This document shows positions 39,478 through 52,995 of a DNA stretch of 64,000 nt, in pieces (the first letter of the stretch is position 1; every line of letters starts with the position of its first letter). The notes under the pieces were generated by a model. That model had not been told where the DNA came from. It searched no databases and saw only the letters and a list, made by a program, of their open reading frames with translations. Source of the DNA: Octopus vulgaris (Eukaryota); assembly GCA_951406725.2 (NCBI GenBank), contig OX597816.1, forward strand, positions 16,492,001 through 16,556,000, in the 5' to 3' direction. Both the position numbers and the translations under genes were made by a program.

Positions 39478-41233
39478 ATATACACGCACATGTACAATGG
39501 TTCCTGTTCAATTTCTGTGAAGCAAGTCTCAACCAGAATGCTTTGGATGGCTCAAGAATAATGTAGAAGATATTTTACGTTTAGGGGACACCCTGTGGTA
39601 GCCCCAGCACTAAGCACTTTAGTGTCATTTTAACAGGTAAAATCATACCTGTATCATCATGAATTCCCTGATGGAACAAAACAGAAACTGAGCCTGTTGT
39701 TGCACCCTTCTGCCCAATACAGCCCACGTTGCTATGCAGTGGGTTGAAATCTGAAACTATATGGTTGTGAAGTGAAATCCTTAACCACACAGCCAAGCCA
39801 GCACCTAAATACCAGTAATATATTAGGCGGCAAGCTGGCAGAAACGTTAGCACGCAGGGTAAAATGCTTAGCGGTATTTCGTTTGCCGCTACGTTCTGAG
39901 TTCAAATTCCGCCGAGGTCAGCTTTGCCTTTCATCCTTTCGGGGTCAATTAAATAAGTACCAGTTACGGACTGGGGGTCGATATAATCAACTTAATCCGT
40001 TTGTCTGTCCTTATTTGTTCTCTCTGTGTTTAGTCCCTTGTGGGTAGTAAAGAAATAATATATTAGCTTCCACTTCTAGGTGTCCTACTAGGGAACACTC
40101 CATTCAGTACCTGTTTCCATTTCATCAGGCCACTGTTTGCTTACAGTGCCGATGCTCTCTCTCTGCTTGCACCAGTGCCTCTCTTTCTCTCCTACAGGCT
40201 GTGTTATATTATGCCATAAGTGCATACTCATGTCTGGTTTTGCACAGGGCTACACAACCAAGAAGGGCCTTGTATTTTAGCTGCTCTAATGTTTACTGGG
40301 GATGCCTTGGGTGCCAGTCAGTTCCTACATATCATCACGATGGTCCCTTCCCTGAACGCTTTAGGATCACATTTACTGGTGTTCTCGTGTCTGTGTCCTC
40401 AAGAATTCTTCACTGATGGAATTAAACAGAAGTATGAGAGCCTGTTCGTGCTTGCAAATTGTCCAATTCTGCTTAATTTCCAATTATACACATCTACACA
40501 TAAACACACACGTGCATGTGTGTGTGTGTGTGGGGGGGGGGCAAGTATATATATATTCCTTTGCTTAATATTAATTTTTTCATGGGTTACATGAATATAT
40601 TATTGGAAATTGAAACTTGGTAAATCTTTATTATTATTGCCAATATTCAGAAAATGTCATAAATATTTATGAAATTTCTGCTTCCTATAAATTATACAAC
40701 CTTAATTTCAATATTGAGTACTTTCCCATTTTGTTTATACATGCACACACACACACACGTACATACACACACACATGCACACCCATACACGTGCACATAT
40801 ATATGTAAATACTTAATCATGTTTGTATATTTGATACTGATATGCATGTAGTAATACCCAAATTATCCATTTAGTTCATGTTTATTACAACACACACTTA
40901 TATATGAGTGCAAATGGCCTAGTAGTTAGAGTGTTGGGTTCATGACCATAATGTACTGGGTTCAATTTCTGCCCCTGTGCATGTCACATCATTTTACATT
41001 GTTCCACTTTACATAGCTGAAAATGAGCAACAGCTAACTGTTTGTGCAGACCATCCTCTGCATTTGAATGGGCCAAAGCATGAGAACATTAAGAGGCTGA
41101 CTATGTATTCTTACCTCTACATTGACATTTGAAACAGTTACTGAAAGCATCATAAAAGCCACAAGGTTATGCTTGCAATTGGCACCTAAGCTATATCCCT
41201 CTCTCTCTCTATTGATGTGTGTGTGCCTATAGC

Positions 41234-41271
<38 letters not shown>

Positions 41272-44200
41272 ATATTAAATAGTTAGAAAATAATAATTAT
41301 CAGCCTTTCTGAGATGCATGAAATTAGCATTAAATTATATTAATCAACACTGAATGAAATTGTATATCTGCGAGAACTCAGATTAAGAAAATAACCATAA
41401 CCCAGTTAGCTAATAATTGGTTTTCTAAAGAAGATTTCTCTTTTATTTGCACTAGTTTCATTTTATTATTATTTTTTTTTTTTTTTTCAATTCCCACAAG
41501 CTAATCAGCAATTTGAATTTCAACAGCAACTGCTAATAAAAGACCAAAAAAAAAAAAAAATTAAAATTAAAGAAAAACCATATTTCTTTTGTGAGAAAGA
41601 CATTAACTATAAAATAGTTTTAGATTTAATTTTTCAATATTTTTGGATGTTAATAAGATATCTAAGGTAGAATGTCGAAAAATGCAGCGCTGCTGAATTT
41701 GAGCAAAGGAAATATACTTCCTTGATATCTCTCATAGTCAGGATGACATTACTTACAGCACTATTACTATAATGAAAAGTGTACGTACTACTTGTTATAA
41801 TAACTATGTCCTAAGGTATTATTAGCTATTAAAGCAATTATAAACATTCATATTCATAAATGTTTGTTTTTATTGGTTCTATTAGGAAACACTAATGAAA
41901 TGTTATATCCCATCATATGAAAGAAATAACATTTATTGTAGAGAATATCACTTAATACTCTTAGCAGATTGAACTTGATGGCTCACGTTTCTGCATTGGA
42001 ATTCTGCAAGGCTTCAATTGAACTTTTCTTCTCTATACTATGAAATATGTATCTGTAAGATATAGGTTCTTCTTCTTCTTAATTCTTCTTCTTCTTCCTA
42101 CCTCTTCTTCTTCTGCTTCCTACTTCTTCTTTTGCTTCCTACTTCTACTCCTTCTTCTGCTTCCTACTTCTACTTTTTCTATTTCTTCTTCTGCTTCCTA
42201 CTTCTTTTTCTTCTTCGTCATCATTTAACGTCTGTTTCCCATGCTGGCATGGGTTGGACAGTTTGATAGGAGGTGGCCAGCTGGAAAGCTGCACCTGCTC
42301 CTGTTTTGGCATGGTTTCTATAACTTGATGCCCCTTCCTAAAGCTAATCACTTTACTGAGTGTACTGGGTGCTTCTGTCTTTGCTCCAGAATGAATGCTC
42401 TATATGTGGCATAGCACAGGTGTTTCACACGTAGCACTAGCACAGGTGCTATTTATGCGCCAGTGGCACATAAAAAGCACCGTCCGAGCGTGGCAGATGC
42501 CAGTGCCGCCTGACTGGCGTCCGTGTCGGTGACACATAAAAGTACCAACCGATCGTGGCCACTTGCCAGCCAGCTCTGGACCCTGTGCCGGTGGCACGTA
42601 AAAAACACCCACTACACTCATGGAGTGGTTGGCATTAGGAAGGGCATCCAGCTGTAGAAACATGGCCAAATCGGACTAGAGCCTGGTGCAGCCTCTATGA
42701 CTTACCAGACCCTGGTCAAACCGTCCAACTCATGCTAGCATGGAAAACGGACGTTAAATGATGATAATGCAGGTGCATTTTATGTGGCACCAGTGTGGGC
42801 GCATCTTATGTGGAACTGGCAGGGGTGCATTATACATGGTACCAATGTAGGTGCTTTTATGTGGCACCAAAAGTATAGTATCGTCTTAACTCCCTTTATT
42901 AACACCACTGCAAATGAATTTTGTTTCTATGGGAGGAATCTTATGGAAAATAAGTCAACCCACTCCAAAACTGATGACAAAACCTACCTCCTGTTAAAAG
43001 TAAAAGTGAAAAAATTACTCTCATTATCTTTTATATGACCACAGTCGTTAGACCATGGCCATACAGTGGCACCACTTTGAAGAATTTTTTAGTTGAGTGA
43101 ATCAACCTTAGTATTTAATTTTTTTAAGCCTGGTACTTACTTTATCACTCTTCTTGCCAAACAGCTAGGTTATGGAGATGTAAACAAACCAGTACCAGTT
43201 GTCAAGCAGTAGTGAGGGACAAACACAGACACAAAGGCTCACATACACACACAAGTTTCTTTCATTTTCTTATTTCTTTACTGCCCACAAGGGGCTACAC
43301 ACAGAGGGGACAAATGGATTAAGTCGATTATATCGACCCCAGTTCGTAACTGGTACTTATTTAATCAAGGATGAAAGGCAAAGTCGACCTCGGTGAAATT
43401 TGAACTCAGAACGTAGCAGCAGACAAAATACTGCTAAGCGTTTCACCTGGCATGCTAACGCTTCTGCCAGCTTGCTGCCTTGTTTCTTTCACTTTCTGTC
43501 TGCCAAATCCACTCACAAGGCTTTGGTCAGTCCATTGCTATAGAAGAAGACATTTGGCCAAGGTTCCACACAGCAGGATTGAACCTGGATCCATGTGGTT
43601 GGAAAGCAACCATGCTTACACCTATACTAAAAACAAATGTTTACCATATGCCTGTGTCTCATATATAAGAAACAGATGTTTATCATGTGTTAAGTCTTGA
43701 CATCATCATTACGGTGATGTTCAACATGTGACTAATTGTGATTATCATCATTATTATTGTTGTGGTTTTTTGTTATTATTATTATGGCTGCAATCTGGTA
43801 GAATTGCAAGCACTTTTGCAGAATATGTTTAGTAGCATCTCTCCCGGCACTTTACACTCTGAGTTCATATTTTACCAAGGCCAACTTTTCCCTTCATCTA
43901 GTTGGGAGCCCACAAAATAAACCACCAGTTGAGCACTGGGGATCAATGTAATCAGTCAACACCCTCCCCTTAATAGGAACTACTAGCCTTGCACCAATAT
44001 TGAAAACCATTAATATTATGCTTAATATGGTGGTGAGCTGGCACAGTTGCTAGCATGTCAGAGAAAAAGTTAAAGGAGTGGCTGCGTGGTAAGTAGCTTG
44101 CTTACCAACTAGATGGTTCTGGGTTCATTCTCACTGCATGGCACCTTTGGCAAGTGTCTTCTACTATAGCTTCGGGCTGACCAAAACCTTGTGAGTGGAT

Positions 44201-44781
44201 TTTGTAGACGGAAACTGAAAGAAGCCCATCGTATATATGTATGTATAAACGTGTGTCTGTATTTGTCCCCCCACATATATTGCTTGACAACTGATGCTGG
44301 TGTGTTTACATCCCCGTAACTTAGCAGTTCGGCAAAAGGGACTGATAGAATAAGCACTGGGACTGATGTAATCAACTTATCCCCTCTCGCCAAATTTGAG
44401 CTTTTGTGCCTATAGTAGATGGGTCAATGTAATCGACTCATCTCCTCCCCTCCCAAATTGCTGCCCATGTGGCAAAATTTTATACCATTATTATAATTAT
44501 TAAGGGTACTGGATTGGAACATCATTACAGCATCAGACAAAATGTCTTATGGTATTTATTTTGACTCTCTACAATCTTGGTTCAAATCTTGCTAAGGCCA
44601 GCTTTGTTTTTTATCTCCCACACCCTGGGGTTGATTTCTTTGATTAAAGGCGGTGCTGCAGCATGGCCACAGTCAAATGACTGAAACAAGTAAAAGAATA
44701 CTATCTGCTTCCCATTAGAATGAGTCTGAATTTTATAAGCAAACAACATGTCCCCACACAGAGAAAAGGTGACACAGTTAA

Positions 44782-45138
44782 CCCTTTCGTTACTGTATTT
44801 ATTTTGAGATGCTCTATATTTCTTTCAATTACTTTAAATATTAGGTTGTCCCAAAAGTTCGTAAACACTTGCGAAAATTGAATTTTTACTCGCCAAGTAC
44901 TAACAAAAACAACAAAAATTATTCCTCAAAATAATGACCATTATTTTCCAAGACTTTCTATGAACTTTTGGGACAACCTTATATAACAAAGAATTTAGTA
45001 AAATAACTTAGTTATCATTCAGTTAGTGTTAGGAACATAAATTGTGACTAAGGTTTGGTGGAAGATTTTAATTCAAAACTTATGAAAACAAGATATTTGT
45101 ACTCAGAGCCGGTTTCGGCCAGGTTGGTAATGAAAGGG
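44782..45138. mobile_element. piggyBac-type MITE (TTAA-CCCTT...AAGGG-TTAA) containing a nested mariner MITE
   Basis: TTAA at 44778-44781 and 45139-45142; uninterrupted relatives at 59056-59277 and 62206-62395, partial at about 53800-53920. Confidence 0.85.
44841..44981. mobile_element. Mariner-type MITE with TA TSD
   Basis: TIR ttaggttgtcccaaaagttc / gaacttttgggacaacctta; removing it restores the aaatataac seen in sibling piggyBac MITEs. Confidence 0.85.
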
Positions 45139-45386
45139 TTAACTGATTCCTACTTCATATGGAATGACTTAAAAATGGAAGACTTCCTCAAAATTGTTTG
45201 TTTCTTAAATAAATTATTATCTATATGTGTAATCTTAAATTTAAGTTCCTTAATTGTTTTTCAATTCATCATCATCACCACCACCGCTACTACCACTGCT
45301 AAATCTCCCTCCCCATCATCATCATCATAATGATCATCATCAGCTGTTGTTTTCAAGAAAAGATAGGGTATTAAAATATATCTGAC

Positions 45387-45514
45387 CTTGTTGTTGCTGG
45401 TGTATGAAGAGCTTCTAATGCACTTGGGTTACTTTTTAATAACTTATCCAAAGCATAGGCAAACACCCAGACTGCATCGTACACGTAGCCTGCAAATGTG
45501 CTCTCATCGTTATT
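45387..45514 (-). CDS. VKR: Venus kinase receptor exon A (first exon visible): Venus flytrap/GABA-B-like ligand-binding domain segment
   Basis: tttcag acceptor and gtcaga donor; translates NNDESTFAGYVYDAVWVFAYALDKLLKSNPSALEALHTPATT. The YDAVW..A.AL motif is typical of class C GPCR/ANF-receptor VFT domains. Ends in phase 2 (AG) and joins the next exon's T to give Ser. Confidence 0.9.
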
Positions 45515-48208
45515 CTGAAAAAAAAAAAAATGAAAAACATATATATATATAGTTTTGATAATATGAAATAAAATAAAATTAAAAAAAAGCATGATGGAAT
45601 AAATATAATATTAAATAACGGTAAAAGTATATTGTCTTTGCACAGGAGTGGCTGTGTGGTATGTAGCTTGCTAACCAACCACATGGTTCCGGGTTCAGTC
45701 CCACTGCGTGGCATCTTGGGCAAGTGTCTTCTGCTATAGCCCCGGGCCGACCAATCCCTTGTGAGTGGATTTGGTAGATGGAAACTGAAAGAAGCCTGTC
45801 GTATATATGTATATATATATATAAGTGTATATGTTTGTGTGTCTGTGTTTGTCCCCCTAGCATTGCTTGACAACCGATGCTGGTGTGTTTACATCCCCGT
45901 CACATAGCAGTTCGGCAAAAGAGAATAAGTCCCGGGGTCGATTTGCTCGACTAAAGGCAGTGCTCCAGCATGGCTGCAGTCAAATGACTGAAACAAGTAA
46001 AAGAGTAAAAGAGTAAAGCAGCAAAAGACTTTAATAAATATATCTATTTACCATATTATTGTAAACTAAGAAAATATTATTTTAATCTAGAAAATTAAAA
46101 TTTAAAATTAAACTGTGGCTAGGAATGAATACACTAATCTAATTTAATCAGTTATATGTTATTTCTGGGTAAATCTAGAGCACCAGGAAGTATGGTTTTC
46201 TGCAAGACATTCCCAAGATTTGATATTAAAGCTGTGAGTTAAGGAAGATACATTTTGAAAGATTCTGGGACATGCTTTCTGTCAACCAAACTAAGGTTTC
46301 TGCTGCAAAGATTAGAGTACATTAAGTTGTTTTGGTAGGTGTCACCTTAGGGCATCAAGCTGTATATCCAATCTGTTTCTCAACATGTTGTCTCCATTAA
46401 ATAGTATACACCAGATGGTTCTTCAAAACCTGGTTGCATTGAAATGATTCAATATCATCATCATCGTTTAACGTCCGTTTTCCATGCTAGCATGGGTTGG
46501 ACAGTTCAACCAGGGTCTGGAAAGCCAGGAGGCTGCACCAGGCTCCAGTCTGATCTGGCAGTGTTTCTACAGCTGGATGCCCTTCCTAACGCCAACCACT
46601 CCGTGAGTGTAGTGGGTGATTTTTACGTGCCACCAGCACAGAAGCCAGGGGAGGCTGGCAGCGGCCACGATCAGCTGGTGCTTTTTACGTGCCACTGGCA
46701 CAGAAGCCAATCAAGGCGGCACTGGCACAACATCATAATATAGAATATAGTTTTGGATTAGTGGGCTGGTAATTTTCTTATTTTATACTTTCTATTACAA
46801 TCTTCCAGACACAGAGTTGTGTTTAGGACTAACATTTATTTTTCTCACAGACTTGGATGTATAGTTAAAAAGCTGGCTTCCCAGCCATGTGGTTTTCAGT
46901 TCAGTTTCACTGTACAACAACTTGGGCAGATGTCTTTTATTGTAGCACTGGGCCACCCAAAGCCTTGCAAGTCAATTTAGTAGCTGGAAACTGAAAGAAG
47001 CTTGTTGTATGTATGTGTATATATATAAATATGTACACACACATACACACATACATGCAGTTATGTATGTGTACATCATCATCATCATTTAACATCCACT
47101 TTCTATGCTAGTATGGGTTGGATCATTTGACTGAGGACTGGCGAACCAGATGGCTGCGCCAGGCTCCAATCTGATCTGGCAGAGTTTCTACAGCTGGATG
47201 TCCTTCCTAATGCCAACCACTCTGAGATTGTAGTGGGTGCTTATACGTGCCACCGGCATGAGGACCAGTCTGGCAGTACTGGCAACGGCCACGCTCGAAA
47301 TGGTGTTTTTTATGTGCCACCTGCACAGGAGTCAGTCCAGTGGCACTGGCAACGACCTCGCTCGAATGCTTTGTTCACGTGCCACCAGCACAAGTGTACA
47401 TGTATATAGGTATGTTTGTATGTACCCTTGTCTAGATACTGTATGATGGTGGTAAATAAGCATCATCATCATCATCATCATACAAACAAGGTTGTTCATT
47501 TCCAGTCTTCTGTGTAAAACATGTCTGATCACGGGGAAATATTACATTAATTGGAAACAAGTGAGGGTTGGCAACAGGAAGGGCATCTGGCTGTAAAAAA
47601 TCTGCCTCAACAAATTCTGTTTGATTCATGCAAGTATGGAAAAGTGGACATTAAATGATGATGAATGCTGCCAAAAGTCAAGGAGTTATTAATTGCTTTA
47701 AATTTCTGTTCTTTCACAAAGATTTGAGGGATTTGGCGATCGTTGAATTTTATCTACATTTTTTTGCCCTTTATAATGAAGACAGAATTGTTTTAGATTG
47801 TAAAGAATTTCATCATCATCATTGTTTCAACATTCACATTTCCATGCTCGCATGGGCAGAATGTCCTTCCTGTTGCCAACCCTCACTTGTTTCCAGGTAA
47901 GGTAATATTTCCCCATGATCAGACATATCTCAGAAGACTGGAAATAAAGGACACTTGCTTACGTGATAGTGACACTTCCTTACAACTATCATGTGAAGTC
48001 AAGGCAAGGAGACAGTAACATTCCTCACCCTCCACACATACATACACAAGGCTTCTTTCAGTTTCCATCTACTAAATTCACTCACAAGGCTTTTGTTGAT
48101 TCAGGTCTATATAAGAAGACACTTGCCTAATGTGTTACACAATGAAATGGAACCCAGAATCATGGGGTTGCCAAGCAAACGTTTTATCATACAGCTATAC
48201 CTGCATCA

Positions 48209-48722
48209 GTGGAGGCGCAATGGCCCAGTGGTTAGGGCAGCGGACTCATGGTTGTAGGATCACGGTTTCGATTCCCAGACCGGGCATTGTGAGTGTTTAT
48301 TGAGCAAAAACACCTAAAGCTCCATGAGGCTCCGGCAGGGGGTGGTGGTGAACCCTGCTGTACTCTTTCACCACAACTTTCTCTCACTCTTTCTTCCTGT
48401 CTCTGTTGTACCCATATTTCAAAGGGCCAGCCTTGTCACACTGTGTGTCACACTGAATCTCCCCGAGAACTACGTTAAGGGTACATGTGTCTGTGAAGTG
48501 CTCAGCCACTTGCATGTTAATAAATGAGCTGCGACGTCACAGGTACCAAGCTGTATCGGTCCCTTTGCCTTTCCCTTGGATAACATCGGTGGCATGGAGA
48601 GGGGAGGCTGGTATGTATGGGCGACTGCTGGTCTTCCATAAACAACCTTGCCCAGACTTGTACCTCGGAGGGTAACTTTCTAGGTGCAATTCCATGGTCA
48701 TTCATGACCAAAGGTGGTCACA
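48209..48722 (+). mobile_element. Chimeric SINE-D insertion with a foreign 3' half and about 14-bp TSD
   Basis: Matches the 34794 copy up to about 48521, then unrelated sequence; flanked by atacctgcatcagt / atacctgtatcagt. Confidence 0.7.
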
Positions 48723-49805
48723 ATACCTGTATCAGTATGTATTTACACACACAAGGCTTCTTTCAGTTTCCATCTACTAAATTCACTCACAAGGCTTTTG
48801 TTGATTCAGGTCTATATAAGAAGACACTTGCCTAACGTGTTACACAATGAAACGGAACCCAGAATCGTTGGTTGGTAAAGCAAATTTTTTATCACACAGC
48901 TATACCTGTGTCAGTATGTATTAATGACTTTATCTGAGGTGTTATTTAGTCTGCAGTAATAAATAAAAAGAAAACTATTTGACAATTGTGTGTTCGCCTG
49001 CCTGACAATTCTCAGGTGACTGAGATTTTACAGTTCTCAAGTAGACGTATACTTTACTTCAATAGGCTGATGCAAACTTGGATAGTAATATCAGGAGATC
49101 ATAAAACAGAACATGATGCTAAAAAGCATAGAACACAAAGACCATAAAACTTAATTGCCTTGACCTTTCAACAGTCTCTCTCTCTCTCTCTCTCTGTCTC
49201 CTTCTGCATCAAACACACACACACAAGGAATCATTTGAAGAGATCAAAATGAATTCAAACTATGTAAGAACAACTAGATACAAGATGTAAGGGAGAAGAA
49301 CTAAGAATGAACAAGAAAAAACAACAACAAAACAACACCTTTTCTCTCTTATTTACTACTCTCTCTTGGCTGTGGCCATTCTGGGGCACTGCTTTGATGT
49401 GTTTAGTTGAGCAAACTGCGCCCAGTACTTATTAAGTTTGGTATCTATTCTGTTGGTCACTTTTGCTGAATCACTAAGTTATAGGGATGCAAGCAACTGG
49501 TTGACAAGTTATGGGGAAGGGGGTACAAACACAAAGATACACATACACAGATGATAGGCTTCTGCACAGTTACCATCTCCCAAATTTCACTGACAGGCCT
49601 ATAGTAGTAGACACTTGCCCAAGAGCCATGCAATGGACATGAACCTAAAACCAAGAGCTTGCAAAGCAAGTTTGCTAACCACATGGCCATGTGTACACTT
49701 ACTAGATGAAGTTCTTGACAAAGTTGAATATATACCCTTTCAAACAGTAAGTAGTTACACCTAAGTATATTAAACTTAGCTATACATACATACATATATA
49801 TATCG

Positions 49806-50344
49806 AAAATCGAAATCACATTCGATGACTAGCATCCGTGCTAGCAGGGTACAAAGAGCACCATACGACTGTGATCATTGACAGAGGCTAATTGGCTTTT
49901 GTGCCAATGGCACATAAAAGGCACCAGTTGAGTGTGATCATTACCGGTGTCACCTTACTGGCACTCGTGCCCCGTGCTAGTAGGGTGCTAAGAGCACCAT
50001 CCAAGTGTGATCATTGCCAGAGCGGCTAACTGGCTTCCGTGCCGGTGGCACATAAAAGGCACCATTTGAACGTGATCGTTACCAGCGTTGCCTTACTGGT
50101 ACATGTGCTGGTGGCATGAGTAAAAAAATTGGAGCAAGGTCGTTGCCAGTACCGCCTGACTGGCCCCGTGCCGGTGGCACGTAAAAAGCACCCACTACAC
50201 TCTCGGAGTGGTTGGCATTAGGAAGGGCATCCAGCTGTAGAAAATCTGCCAAATCAAGATTGGAGCCTGGTGCAGCCAGTCCTCAGTTAAGTTGTCCAAC
50301 TCACGCTAGCATGGAAAGCGGATGTTAAACAACGATGATGATGA
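49806..50344 (+). mobile_element. RTE LINE 3'UTR fragment with 55-60-bp tandem units and (GAT)n tail (representative of about 19 copies in the window)
   Basis: Same sequence as the 3'UTR of 13185-14653; others at about 2815, 4604, 11059, 19600, 26700, 28428, 31908, 38915, 42218, 42450, 46455, 47075, 58239, 59320, 60438. Confidence 0.85.
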
Positions 50345-50347
50345 TAC

Positions 50348-50395
<48 letters not shown>

Positions 50396-50652
50396 TAATA
50401 AATAAAATAAAACATATGCATATATATAAACATATATGTACGTACCTACCTACCTCTACATGTACATATACACGCATATATGAGTACAGGACACCAAAAG
50501 GACGTCGAACACAATGAGAAATGAAAACATAGACACAAACCAAAGGAACTGGACATTTTTTTAAACAACAAAAAAATAGAGTACAGGACAATTAACACAA
50601 AGAAAAAACTCCTTCTTCAGTCGCTATTGTTTCATATACTCTACGTTTCGAA

Positions 50653-50695
<43 letters not shown>

Positions 50696-51390
50696 CACAT
50701 TAATACATGACAGGTATAAAATATGTCTTATCTCATTTGGGAATAATACAAGAAGGATAATGCCTAATTACTTTTGAAACCAGATTTACAAACTAAATGC
50801 ATATTACACAAATCAGTCATAGGAACTGAACAAATTATAGCATCAGAGATACCCAGCCAAAACTACTAGTCTTAGGTTTTCATATGATGCTGTACAAACA
50901 ATGCACTACCGAGAAACAATAAAGGAAAATCCCTCTTATTTGTTTCCTGTAGGATCTTTAAGCCTCTGCTCTTTAAGATGATATTAATATGCAACAGCAC
51001 ATGGTAGAGGTTTAGCTTAGACTTCATGCTATGAAGTTATACAGATACTGACAACTCGTAAGAGTATTACTGCTGTTATTGAAGAACTAGAATCTTTACA
51101 TGGTAATATATATATATATATATATACATACATGCATATATATATATGATATATACATACACACACATATGTCTATACATACATGCATATATATATGTAT
51201 ATATATATACATATACACACACATATGTCTATGCATACATGCATATATATATGTATATATATATATACACACATGTCTATACATACATGCATATATATGA
51301 TATATACATACACACATATGTCTATGCATACATATACACACACATATGTCTATACATATATATATGTATATATATATATACATACATTTC

Positions 51391-51443
<53 letters not shown>

Positions 51444-51579
51444 TATTGGTATATGTCTCTATACATTTATGTGTACACACACACACTGTGTGTTTATATA
51501 CGTATGTGTTTTTGTAAATATGTCTATATAAAGATGTGTGTGTGTGCATGTGCAGATATATATACACATGTATGTAGAC

Positions 51580-51627
<48 letters not shown>

Positions 51628-52512
51628 ATATATACATTTAGACATGATACAAATAACATGAGTAAAGTTTGAGGCAAAGAGGAAGTAAACAAACAAAAAT
51701 ACTGTATAGAATCAGACAAGTGAAAATATATGCCTGAAAAGCATAGAAATACAAAACAAAAGAAACAGTAAACAAATAAGTTAACAATGAAGATTAATAT
51801 ACCAAAGGAAGAAACAGGAAAAAAATCTGACATTTTGGGTGATACCCTTTATCAAAGAGATGATAAAAAAAAGTATTGAAGAAACAATTGAGACGCAGTA
51901 GAGAGAGAGAAGGAAAAAGTATCCAATACTAAAAACACATCTGAGACCTGCCATGTGAATGTCTAACTATTTTTCGCTCTATCACACATCTATTAGTTTA
52001 TCGAGCTACCAGTATATGTCTCGATACATTTATGTGTATACACACACACACACATATATAAGCACACAGCTATATATATGTGTTTTTGTGTATATGTCTA
52101 TATAATATAAAGATGTGTGCATATACATATATAAATATATATATATATATATGCACACAACACAACACACACAAACAAGTATATATTTGCATACATATGT
52201 TTACATACATATATATATAATTTACATTTTTTATTCACATTTCATATTCCAAATCTTATATGTTATATTGACACTATACTGTATCACTAATATTTCAATT
52301 TTTAACTACAATATCCATGCATATTCCATGTATATTTTAGGTGCAAGCATGGCTGTAAGGTAAGAAGATTGCTTCCAACCACATGTATTTGGGTTCAGTC
52401 CCACTGCATGGCACCATGGGCAAGTGTCTTCTATAGCCTTGGGCCAAACAAAGCCTTGTGAGTGGAGTCGATTTGGTAGATGGAAATTAAAAGAAGCCCC
52501 TTGTGTGTGTGC

Positions 52513-52553
<41 letters not shown>

Positions 52554-52589
52554 TACACACACACACACACACACAATCAGTCACCATAT

Positions 52590-52995
52590 TTGACCACTAA
52601 ATCCACAAGTTTTATTCATTCTCTCCCTCTGTTTATTTTCTCTTATTCCTTTCTTTTCTGTTGAAGAGCACAGGCTCAAAATGTAAAAGACTTTCTCACC
52701 TTCCCGAGCATCAGACTAATATACCTGCCTGTTGTTTACACACTTGTCTTCGTCTTTTGTTTTTCTGTAAATTTCAACTATATATATATATATATATATA
52801 TATAAGGTTTACGAAAATAAACAAGAAACGAAGGCAGGTGGAGTACAAACAAACAAATGTATTAGTATGGCGCTCAGGAATAGAAATAGAACAAGTCTTT
52901 TACATTTTGAGCCTACGCTCTTCGATAGAAAGAGACACAGAAAAGAAACAAGGAGAGAAAAAAATGCGTGTAGGAGCTAACGGTCTATCATGGCG
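52590..52995. mobile_element. Two related Penelope-like terminal fragments, tail-to-tail around (TA)n, each with a decayed hammerhead-shaped motif
   Basis: 52653-52690(+) and 52896-52933(-): cttt-CTRTYGA-A-GAGC nnAG GCTC-AAAA-TG-TA-aaag. Confidence 0.45.

Noticed and set aside
50614-50652. CGAAACGUA followed by CUGAAGA on the minus strand (possible permuted type-II hammerhead)
   Set aside because: The intervening sequence cannot form stem I; at best two unrelated half-motifs.
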